Assembly: GCF_001194135.2 (NCBI RefSeq)
Contig: NC_068981.1
Location: forward strand, 33,240,400-33,293,062
Reading direction: 5' to 3'
Length of the DNA: 52,663 nt
Source: Octopus bimaculoides
Taxonomy: Eukaryota
Below, one piece after another: positions 11,301 through 23,300 of the stretch (positions are counted from its first letter, which is position 1; each line of letters begins with the position of its first letter). A program made the translations under genes and the position numbers. The notes beneath the pieces were generated by a model. It was not told where the DNA came from and searched no databases. It worked only from the letters and a program-made list of their open reading frames with translations.

Positions 11301-14300
11301 GGTTTCAAACAGACACAAGGCTTCAAATTTGAAGCAGTATAGTCAATATATTTATAAATGAATAACATTCCTTGCATTATGGTGATGCTTGTTGAAATAA
11401 AAGTAAACACACATATACAGACTTCTTTCAGTTTCCATCTATTACATTCACTCATGAGACTTTAGTCAGCCCAGGGCTATAATAGGAGACACTTGCCCGA
11501 AGTATCATGCAGTGGGACTGAACTCAAGACTACATAATTCAAAAGCAAGTTTTTGCAACTTTGCTTGNNNNNNNNNNNNNNNNNNNNNNNNNNNNNNNNN
11601 NNNNNNNNNNNNNNNNNNNNNNNNNNNNNNNNNNNNNNNNNNNNNNNNNNNNNNNNNNNNNNNNNNNAATTGTTTCCAAAGGAATTTTTGTCCATCCTTC
11701 AGCTTAAACAGTCTCCAGATCTTGTAGTGATGATGGTGGAGGACATCGACTCCTTACTTGTTTTTCTAAAATGCACCATAAGTGTTCAATAATATTGAGA
11801 TCTGGGGACTGTGATGGCAAGATAAGATGTTCAACTTCACTAGAATGGTTCCCATGCCATTCAGTAACAACTTTAGCTGTGTGAATTGGTGCATTATCAT
11901 CCTGAAAGATTACATTTCCCTCCGGAAACAGTTCCGCAATCATAGGATGAATTTGATCACATGAAATGCTTAAATTGTCTTGACTATTAATTCTGCCATA
12001 AAGGGAAACCATTGGGCCAGCAGGATTCCAAGATATAGCCCCCGCAGATCATCACAGATCCTCCATGTGTGGCTTGATAGTAAGTTATTGTTGAGAGATT
12101 TTGTTTGGTTCGAAGAGAGAGTTCAGCCAAATGTGGAAATAACTTTGTACATAGATGAGTCCAATTTAGTTGTACCTGATTCAAGTCATGAGATTCTCTT
12201 TGTAGAAAGTTGGCTTTTGCTATATTTCAGGTTTCACAAAAGAATATTTACAGATGAATTAGTTGGTTGCCTAGAGTAACTCCAACCAAAATTAGATGTC
12301 ATTTGATCTTTGTTCAGAAATTTTAAACTGTGTGTTTTGGAAGGGCAAGAATTGATAGACTATGTTGCTATAAGTGTTTATTGGCTTTACTAGTTGGTTT
12401 TCAGCATGGTTACTTGTATTTCTATTATATTCTTTTAGACTGATGCTCACACATAACTACAGGGCATTATCTTCTATCTTTTACTTCCTTCAGTCAATAG
12501 ACTGTGGAGGCGCAATGGCCCAGTGGTTAGGGCAGTGGACTCGCGGTCAGAGGATCGCGGTTTCGATTCCCAGTACTTATTTCTCTTTTTTAAGCTTAGT
12601 ACTTATTCTATTAGCATGTTTGCCAAACCGCTAAGTTACAAGGGAAGTAAGCACAACAACACCAGTTGTCAAGTGGTGGGAGAGAGGGATAGACAAACAC
12701 CTACATACATACATACATACATACATACATACACTTACCCAAGGCACTATGCAGTGGGAATGAACCCAAAACAATGTGGTTGGGAAGCAAGCTTCTTACC
12801 ACCCAGCCACACCTGTACCTTTAACATTATACATATTCACTAAATCACGCTCTCCTTATCTAATTCTCTTCACTAACAAATATATTTTTTGTTTTGCAGA
12901 TGTTGTATCAAGATTTCTCCTTACATTCTCTGTTTATAAGAATGCTAAAAAGTTGCTAAATACAAATCAGCCAGATGGTACATTGACCTGTATACATGGC
13001 ATTCGATTCCTCAGCATGACCTGGGTCATATTAGGTCATACCTATATCTTTGGTTTGCCAGTGTGGAGTAAGTTTTCAATTCATTTAAGACATAAACAAA
13101 TTCTATTGAAATCTCAAGACCTTGAGTTGACCGGAAATATTCTAAAACAATATACAATTCAGTACAAGTTAACATGTAATATATTTGATATTTCTGTTTT
13201 GTATTTGGCTTCCAAGATACTTGATGTGAGCTTGTATATTTGATTTATTGACTAAATGGTTAATCAAACAACTTCTAAGTTAATCGATTAAACTAACTGA
13301 CTAATGATAAAGAAGTGAAACAGAATCAAAGCAAGTGTTTATCATTGACATAATGACCCACCTAGGCAACAACAAAACCATGTAGTTGTGTGTATCATAA
13401 AATTGTTACTTCCCTTCCTGTCACATAATTATATCTTTGTTTTCTTCAAAGAAATAATAACAGATTTATAAAATAATTTGGCTAAAAACACATATGCCAC
13501 AGAGACAAGAAATATGCTTATTAAGGAGAACTCACTAAGGATTTCAGAAATATAAAGTTATATAAGTATACTTAAATCAACTTAAAATCAATATTTCTAA
13601 TCAGTCACAAAATGAAATGTTTATTGGTTTTGCATTCAATGATTGGGAGAGGTGAAAGATGAGTGACATGCAAATAATGTACAAGACCTTCTCTGTTCTG
13701 AGTATTTGAGGGTACGTACAATAAACAGTTTTCATAGTATTGAATTCTTAGTTATTACTACTTATTATTGGCTTCAGAATATTTATTTTCACCAAAGTAA
13801 TAAAGTTTGACTAAATTAGCAACACTTTTGATATAGTTTACAAAATTTATTAAAGAATGCATGCCTTAACATCTATAAGAAATTAATAAACTGCAAGGTT
13901 GATATAGGGAATTTTAAAAATTTGTCCAGATTCCTTTTCCAGGAAAACTTCCTGTTCTAGTTTAGGCACAAAGCCAGCAATATTGAGAAGAGTGGTTTAA
14001 CCAATTGCATCAACCCCAGTTCTTGACTAGTATTTAAGAAGATAAAACAAATACTGCCCTTATCAGTATTTTAACTCAGAACATAAAGGGATGTAATTAA
14101 ATGTCACAGGTTATTTTTGACTAAACAGTCTAACAATTTTGCCCATCTATCACCCTTCCTGTTCTATAAAAAAGTAAACTTCTTATTCTATTAATTTTGG
14201 AACTATAGCTGAGATTTTTCTGTAATCATGAACTTATGTAAAAGAATACTTTTCAGGTGAATGAGTAAAATAAGAACTAACACTTTGTTCTCTAAGACAA

Positions 14301-17300
14301 AAATTCCAACTTTTGAACAGGAAAAACTAAAATAATTTAAATTGAAAAATTCAGCATATTTATGACTATTGCGTTTGTTGTCTTTGAAAGACTAAAAGGG
14401 TTTAGAAATGATATATTTCTGTTAATTATAGAGAAACAGAGGAAGTCCTGAAATGACAAAACAGAACTTATTGTCAAAAATATAATGCAAGTAAACCCCA
14501 AAACAAAATTTTTGGTAATGTTATGGGTGACAGAGACTTATTTTATATCTATTTTCTTTGAAAAACGTTTTTTTAAATATACAACGTTTTTTCTTTTTGT
14601 TCTTATTTTAGAAAACCTAATAATTATTCAGGATTTATCAAAAAATTTTGCATTCCAAGGCATTGCAAATGCTATGGTCTCTGTTGATACATTTTTCTTA
14701 TTGAGGTAAGTAAAATTGTTAGCAATATCAGTTTTTTTTTTCTTTCTTTTTTAGAAGAAGCAGGAACTATAATAAATATAATGCTACTTAGTATATTATT
14801 GGTATTTATTTCCTTCATCCAGAAGTCCATACAAGCACAATCTGCTACCTATACTGACTGCATTACTATTAATCTTTGAAGACTTAGATTTCCTTCCACA
14901 AAGTACAAGATAATCTTTTTTAAATATAAAGGAGAGATTTTAGTCTACTGGACTAATTCCAATGTGTCACTGGTTTATGGCTACAAAAAATGTTGAAAGA
15001 AAAAATTTGACCTTAATGGTATTTAGATTCAAAACAGTGATCTTTTAAATATTATAAGTAACATTTTGGGAGAGAGAGACAGCCAAAAGGAAACAAGTCT
15101 AGTGATAGGAGTCAAACCAAAAAAACGTTTCCCGACTAAGCAAGCTATGACTTTTCACAAGCTAATATATATAGATATCTATTCAACTGGTACTTAACTT
15201 ATCGACCTTGAAAGGATGAAAGGCAAAGTCGACCTCGGTGGAATTTGAACTCAGAACATAGTCATGGGCGAAATACCACTAAGCATTTCGTCCAACACAC
15301 TAACGATTCTGCCAGCTCACCACCTTAAAAAGTGTCATGATAATGATATTGTAATAATCATTTATTAATTTATTTATTAATATATCTTTTCATTTAACCT
15401 CATCAGTGGACTTTTGGTGTCTTATGGAAACTTTAAAGCTTTGGAGAAAACAGATGGTAAATTTGGCTGGGTGTACTATTACATACATCGATTTTGGCGG
15501 TAAGTATTTTAATGACATTGCAAAATATCAATTTAGGATTGAGTTATTTGATACACTTATCTTCTTTAATAATATTTGCTGGGTATACATGTATGTGTGT
15601 ATGTATACATACACACATGCATGCATGCATACATACATACATACATACATACATACATACATACACACATGCACATATATGCATGCATGAAAAAATACCT
15701 TATTGTTGATGTTGATGGTGATATACAAACACACACTGGTTCTTTCTCTATTGGCAAGGAATCTTGAAATAAAACTGAATAATGACATGTATGCATACAT
15801 ACATACATACATACATACATGCATGCATATATATGTCACAGACAAACTGTCCAACCCATACCAGCATGGAAAGAGGACGTTAAATGATGATGTGTGTATG
15901 TTTCCTTTAAATGATTATTCATTATCATATCTGATTATTGTATTTAATTTAGTCTTTCTAAAAATGTTATTGTATTAATTGTTTTTTTTTTTTTTACACC
16001 AGCTTGACTCCTCCTTACATGCTTGTTATGATGGTGTACATCCCTTTGTTTCGCTATTGGGGTGATGGACCTTATTGGCCAAAGGATGGCTTTGAGATAA
16101 ATTACTGTAAAGACACATGGTATTTCAACTTGTTATATATAAATAACTTTCTCTCAGATCCACAGAAAGGAATGGTAAGTTGTCTCTTTTTTTTTTAATC
16201 TTTGTTATTTTTGTTTATCTTTTACTTTTTTCCGTCATTAAACCAGAGCCATGAATGGGCATTACCTTGTAGAGCTTAGTCAAACAAATTGATATTAGTA
16301 ATTATTTTTAAGTTTGGTGCTTTTTCTTATGGAGGTGCATGGCTTAGTGGTTAGGATGTTGAACTTATGAAAGTAAGATTGTGGCTTTGATTCCTGCACC
16401 AGGTAGTTTGTTGTCTTCTTGAGCAAAACAGTTCATTTAACATTGCTCCAGTCTGGAAAAAGCAAGTAATCTTGTGATAGTCTGGCATTCTATCCAAGGA
16501 GGAATATGTGTGCTAGGGAACCCAGCCCTATGTTCCTTATGAAGTATTGTGAACTAACCAACTTCTTCTATTGGATTCCTCATTTAAACCACTAAGTTAC
16601 AGGGATGGTCATCAAGCTATACTCTTTTACTCTTTTATGCATTTCAGTTATTTGACTGTGGCCATGCTGGAACACTGCTTTTAGTCAAAGAAATTGATCC
16701 TAGGACTTATTCTTTGTAAGCCTAGTACTTATTCTATTGGTCTCTTTTGCTGAACTGCTAAGTTTTGGGGACATAAACACACTAACATCGATTGTCAAGC
16801 AATGGTGAGCGTACAAACACTGACACAAAGACATACACACATTGGAGCTAAACACAATGACCCCCAGTTGAGAACCACAGGTCTGGCCTCTCAACACCTA
16901 ATACAAAGCTCCCTCTATCAATACTTCACCCCATCTCTTCACTCCCAGACAAGGGGGTCTTGTCTTGTGAGTTACTTGGTGATGTCACTCATGCTGGTGC
17001 CATGAGAAAAGCACCCTGTACACTTTGTAAAGTGGTTAGCAATAGAAAGGGCATCCAGCAGCAGAAAACCATTCCAAAGCAAACATTGGAGCTAAACACC
17101 ATCCTCTGGTCCAGTCAAACCACCCAACCTGTGCCAGCCGTCAAACAACACAATCCAGTCAAACCATCCAACCCATGCCAGGATGGCAAGGAACACGAAC
17201 GTTTGATGATGATGATGATAATGATGATATATTATTTACTATCTATAAACAATCATAAACTATCTGAATTTATAAGTGTATGTATGTCTACTGTCTTCCT

Positions 17301-20300
17301 GTAACATTCAAAACATATCGTTAGTTTTTGTTATATTTGTAGCTATTTTTCTTTTTTTCCTATTTAGTGTATGTCCTGGACTTGGTATTTATCAAATGAC
17401 ATGCAGTTCTACATCATCAGCCCTATATTCATTTTAGCCCTTTATCAGTAAGTAAACGATTTCCCTTCCATATACAGTTTTCTTCTTAAATGCAAGGTCT
17501 TAATATCAGTCAACATAAACAGATTAACACTTACAAATGAGTTAAACCCCTTGTTATTATGGATACAATCGAATCACCAAGTAGTGGATCTTTAGTTTCA
17601 CATTTACTATAATACTATTCTATCAATAACACTTAATTTTCTTTCACGTCTTTCTTTAACAGTTATGTTAGGCTGCATTTGTTGACATTCTGTTGGAGAA
17701 GGAGTGCAACAAGGGAACTTTTCTGCTAGAAATAGCAGCCAAATCTATATCTTTTGAATCAGCCTGCTGAATTATGAAATGAAAGATACATTATATAATG
17801 TTATCCTACATACACTATGCCTGAATAATAATTGGGTTGGCCATAACTAAGATTTTTATATCTTCACAGCAGCTCACCAATAATTTGTCGGCAACTACTA
17901 TAGGATGTTACTATGGAAAATGACTCCCAGATGCCATCAGCATATAAACCAACTGTCAAATTAGTTCCATCATAATTAATGCATTGAGGAAAAAAAAAAC
18001 TCTAATTAATTAATAAATACTTATGTGCTAAAGAGAAAAAAAAGCATCAGCTCAACGACGAACATTATTTTATTCCGAGTGTTTGATGCATTAGATGTGT
18101 GCATTATTGTATGTCAATATTTCATCTTTTACTTGTTTCAGTCATTAGACTGTGGCCATGCTGGAGCACTGCCTTGAAGAGCTTTAGTCAAATAAACCAA
18201 TTTTAGTGCTTATTTCTTTTAAGCCTGGTACTTATTCTATTGATATCTTTTGCCAAACTGTTAAGTTACAAGGACATAAACACTCCAACACCAGATGTCA
18301 AGTGATGATTGTGACAAATGTAGACACAACACAACACACACANNNNNNNNNNNNNNNNNNNNNNNNNNNNNNNNNNNNNNNNNNNNNNNNNNNNNNNNNN
18401 NNNNNNNNNNNNNNNNNNNNNNNNNNNNNNNNNNNNNNNNNNNNNNNNNNNNNNNNNNNNNNNNNNNNNNNNNNNNNNNNNNNNNNNNNNNNNNNNNNNN
18501 NNNNNNNNNNNNNNNNNNNNNNNNNNNNNNNNNNNNNNNNNNNNNNNNNNNNNNNNNNNNNNNNNNNNNNNNNNNNNNNNNNNNNNNNNNNNNNNNNNNN
18601 NNNNNNNNNNNNNNNNNNNNNNNNNNNNNNNNNNNNNNNNNNNNNNNNNNNNNNNNNNNNNNNNNNNNNNNNNNNNNNNNNNNNNNNNNNNNNNNNNNNN
18701 NNNNNNNNNNNNNNNNNNNNNNNNNNNNNNNNNNNNNNNNNNNNNNNNNNNNNNNNNNNNNNNNNNNNNNNNNNNNNNNNNNNNNNNNNNNNNNNNNNNN
18801 NNNNNNNNNNNNNNNNNNNNNNNNNNNNNNNNNNNNNNNNNNNNNNNNNNNNNNNNNNNNNNNNNNNNNNNNNNNNNNNNNNNNNNNNNNNNNNNNNNNN
18901 NNNNNNNNNNNNNNNNNNNNNNNNNNNNNNNNNNNNNNNNNNNNNNNNNNNNNNNNNNNNNNNNNNNNNNNNNNNNNNNNNNNNNNNNNNNNNNNNNNNN
19001 NNNNNNNNNNNNNNNNNNNNNNNNNNNNNNNNNNNNNNNNNNNNNNNNNNNNNNNNNNNNNNNNNNNNNNNNNNNNNNNNNNNNNNNNNNNNNGGTGGTG
19101 GTGGTGGTGGTGGTGTGTGTGTGTGTGTGTGTTTGTATATCACCATCATAATCTTTTAACGTCCATCTTCTATGCTAGCATGGGTGGGACGGTTTCACAA
19201 GAGACAGCCAGGCAGAGGCCTGCACAAGACTTCTGTGACTGTTTTGGCAGGATTTTTACAGTTGGATGCCCTTCCTAACACCAACCACTCAGCCAAGTGG
19301 ACTTAGTGCTTTCTACATGGCTCAAGTATAGGTGAGGGGAGTAGTGCTTTTTACATGGGACAAACACAGGCGAGGTCAGTTTTGGCAAGGTTTTTTACAG
19401 ATGGTTGCTCTTCCGATCATCAAACCACTTTACAGTGTGGACTGGGTGCTTTTAAGTGGCACCTGCACTGACAGGGTCACCAAGTACTTGCAAAACAAAT
19501 CAAAAAAACTTTCAAGAGTGGAGGAGGCATTGGAGGAGGTGATCTTGTGTTGGATGATGAAAAGGTTATAGTGAGACAGATACGGGTGTTTTACTGTAGA
19601 GGAAGTACAAGGCTACTTGGCCAGAGAGAGAGAAAGATCAGGAATGAAGACAGAAACAGGTGTGCTACTGCAAAGGAAATACACAGTTACCCAACCTGAG
19701 GGAAGTGCAGAAGAAGGAGAGAGAGTGGGAGACAGCAGGATAGAGATGGTGGCAAAATGCCCGGGAATACTCACAAGGAATGGAGATCAGAATATAAATG
19801 GGATGATTGAGTATAGGAAGAGAGAGATATAGATGGTGGCAAGTGCCAGGGCATACCCTTGAGGTTCAAATGCCATAATATAAATGGCAGGATATTGTGA
19901 AGGGAGTGTGATTAAAGAGTGTAAGTAGTGAAAGACCTGGATGTATATAGTCGGTGTGGGGGTTACTGGATAGCAGTGATACAGAAGAATAGGGCCATGA
20001 GGACAGGATTGGGGAGTGAGACCTAGGCATAGTGTATGAAGGAGGAAATGTGAGAAAGAGAAGAGATGTGGAGATGTAGATTGGTTTGTTGGGGTAGGGT
20101 GAGGGGAAATTTTTCTTGTTACATGTGGGTGGGACACACAGGTCAGGGCTAACAGATAACAATAATACAGTGAGACGGGGCATGTGGGTAGAACACACAG
20201 GTCGGGAGCAAGTGGAGAGCAATGATACAGTGGCCCAGGGCCAAGAGGAGAAGATTGGGGAGTAAGAGGTAATCATAGTACATGAAACGGTGATGTAAGG

Positions 20301-23300
20301 AAGAGATGTAGCGATATAGTTTGGTTTGTTGTAGTATAGTGTGTGAGAGGGTTTCTTGTTAAGTGTGGGTGGGACACACAGCGTATGTATCTGTACAGAA
20401 ATTTTATGTGTATATATCTATATGTGCATGTATGTGTGTATGGGTGTATATCTATATGTATGTATATGTAAGGGACGACCGTGCGAACTCAAAAAAGGAG
20501 AAATGGTGACGGATGGAAAAACAGAGGACTCCTTTTATTTAAACGTGTCACACGGTCGAACACACAAATATATATCTAATAATGATGTACATGATATGTT
20601 ATGCGACGATAACATAGATGACCAGTAATGAAAGACCACAACCGTATAAGATGAATAACAGAGATATTTATTGTAGCGTTAAAGATGTATGTCTGTGTGA
20701 GAGTGTGAATGCGACATATAAGAACATAATCAAAGACAGGCCGTCGTACAAAGAAAAGTGTGTATGTGAGTGATACATGTATGTGTATGTGAAATNNNNN
20801 NNNNNNNNNNNNNNNNNNNNNNNNNNNNNNNNNNNNNNNNNNNNNNNNNNNNNNNNNNNNNNNNNNNNNNNNNNNNNNNNNNNNNNNNNNNNNNNNNNNN
20901 NNNNNNNNNNNNNNNNNNNNNNNNNNNNNNNNNNNNNNNNNNNNNNNNNNNNNNNNNNNNNNNNNNNNNNNNNNNNNNNNNNNNNNNNNNNNNNNNNNNN
21001 NNNNNNNNNNNNNNNNNNNNNNNNNNNNNNNNNNNNNNNNNNNNNNNNNNNNNNNNNNNNNNNNNNNNNNNNNNNNNNNNNNNNNNNNNNNNNNNNNNNN
21101 NNNNNNNNNNNNNNNNNNNNNNNNNNNNNNNNNNNNNNNNNNNNNNNNNNNNNNNNNNNNNNNNNNNNNNNNNNNNNNNNNNNNNNNNNNNNNNNNNNNN
21201 NNNNNNNNNNNNNNNNNNNNNNNNNNNNNNNNNNNNNNNNNNNNNNNNNNNNNNNNNNNNNNNNNNNNNNNNNNNNNNNNNNNNNNNNNNNNNNNNNNNN
21301 NNNNNNNNNNNNNNNNNNNNNNNNNNNNNNNNNNNNNNNNNNNNNNNNNNNNNNNNNNNNNNNNNNNNNNNNNNNNNNNNNNNNNNNNNNNNNNNNNNNN
21401 NNNNNNNNNNNNNNNNNNNNNNNNNNNNNNNNNNNNNNNNNNNNNNNNNNNNNNNNNNNNNNNNNNNNNNNNNTGTTGACACTGGTGGAGATTGATGCTT
21501 GGTAGTAATTGTGTTGGTCATGACGATGGTGCTGGTTAGTAGTCGTAGACTCGTATTGCTGATGTGGCGACGGCGGTGGTCATCGTGGCTGGACGAAGCT
21601 GTTGAAGTGGTCGCTGGAACTGCTGCTGCTGTCGTGTGGTACACGGAACAGTCTCTAAGAGAAACTGGACCGAGACAAATTTGTGGGGTATGAGTTGATC
21701 TATATATAGCGTTAAGAAGGCTCCAAATGCCTTCAGAATTTTACTCTATCACGTGACCTTATTAGGGGCCGTGATTGGTCAGTTTGCGTTCTGGCGGGAA
21801 AGTATTGTGAGGTGTGGTTAGAACATGTAATTAATATTAAGGTTCCAAAGCTTTTATACATAATCTTTTGACTTTACTAGAAAATTACTATTGTTCAATA
21901 GTATCTCTTGGTTTTGTCTTTATATCTCCATCTGTCAGTTCCCTATTGTATTTTTTATATGTAATATTATATACTTTTTAAAACGATTTTATAACTACTT
22001 TACTTTCTCTCCTTACCCCTTCCTGTTACTTTTTAACATTAAGGATGGCCAATTCCCTAAACCTAGATCCAGCGCTTTAATTGATATGAAACAACATATC
22101 GTTATTTTTACTGGTAATTAACAAGGTAATTTTGTCTAATCTTGGTCTTTCATATGATGATGATGGCACTCCGTTGCTTACGACATCAAGGGTTCCAGTT
22201 GATCCGATCAACGGAACAGCCTGCTCGTGAAATTAATGTGCAAGTGGCTGAGCAATCCACAGACCCGTGTACCCTTAACGTAGTTCTCGAAGATATTCAG
22301 CGTGACACAGTGTGACAAGGCTGACCCTTTGAATTACAGGCACAACAGAAACAGGAAGTAAGAGTGAGAGAAAGTTGTTGTGAAAGAGTACAGCAGGGTT
22401 CGCCTCCATCCCCTGCCGGAGCCTCGTGGAGCTTTAGGTGTTTTCGCTCAATAAACACTCACAATGCCCAGTCTGGGAATCGAAACCGCGAGTCCGCTGC
22501 CCTAACCACTGGGCCATTGCGCCTTCACAGTCTTTCATATATTGTATATATAAAGAGAAAATTTTGTATGTATACTTAGAGATGAATTATTGGTGTAACT
22601 ATGATATTTTGGTAACCTGAGGAACTAGCTTTCATTATCTGCATTGATTTGAGAATACACAATTGTATAAGGCATAGCATGCAGACTAGTACAGAAATAA
22701 ACCTAATTTATTATACACTGAAATTATTACATGAAGGCTGTGAAACAGCCATAATCCTAAGGATGACAAGTGGTTAGATAAATATATTCACCTCTCATAC
22801 ATCCTGACTTTTGGTGGTTTATATGCTCCTCGTGAAATAATTTCAGATTAGATCTCTTGAATTTCAACTGCATGGAACTCTGTGTTATACTTGTCAGTAT
22901 TGGATTATTATAAGGGGCTACTGAAAAGTTCCTGGCTTTTGACAAAAGAAAATACAGGAGGATCAGTTAATTATGATTTTATTAAACATATTCCCCTCTC
23001 AGATTCACGGACTTATTGCAATGATCCTTCAGTTTTTCTAAGCCTTGTAACATAACTTGGAAGGTTAGGCTTTTAATCAGGCCTTTTATGATACCCTCAA
23101 AGCTAGGAACTTTTCAGTACCCCTTTGTTTGTGGTCTGTTTGCCGAATCCACTAGAGGAACTTTCTGTGATAGCCACATGATGTTATCAATTCAAATATT
23201 ACACTACAAATTATATATATAATAGATTTTGTTGATTTTATTGAATAAAGGTTTCAGTTGTTTCATCAATAGAATTGTTAATATAGTCAATTATAAATAT

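Noticed and set aside
12509-12573. Possible tRNA gene
   Set aside because: A and B boxes are present, but there is no acceptor stem closure or T-run terminator, and it runs into a SINE body.
18206-19278. Long ORFs in the track (also 20730-21644, 30180-31647, 37384-38349)
   Set aside because: They consist mostly of X residues from N gaps. The gene's exons chain without needing any sequence in the gaps.
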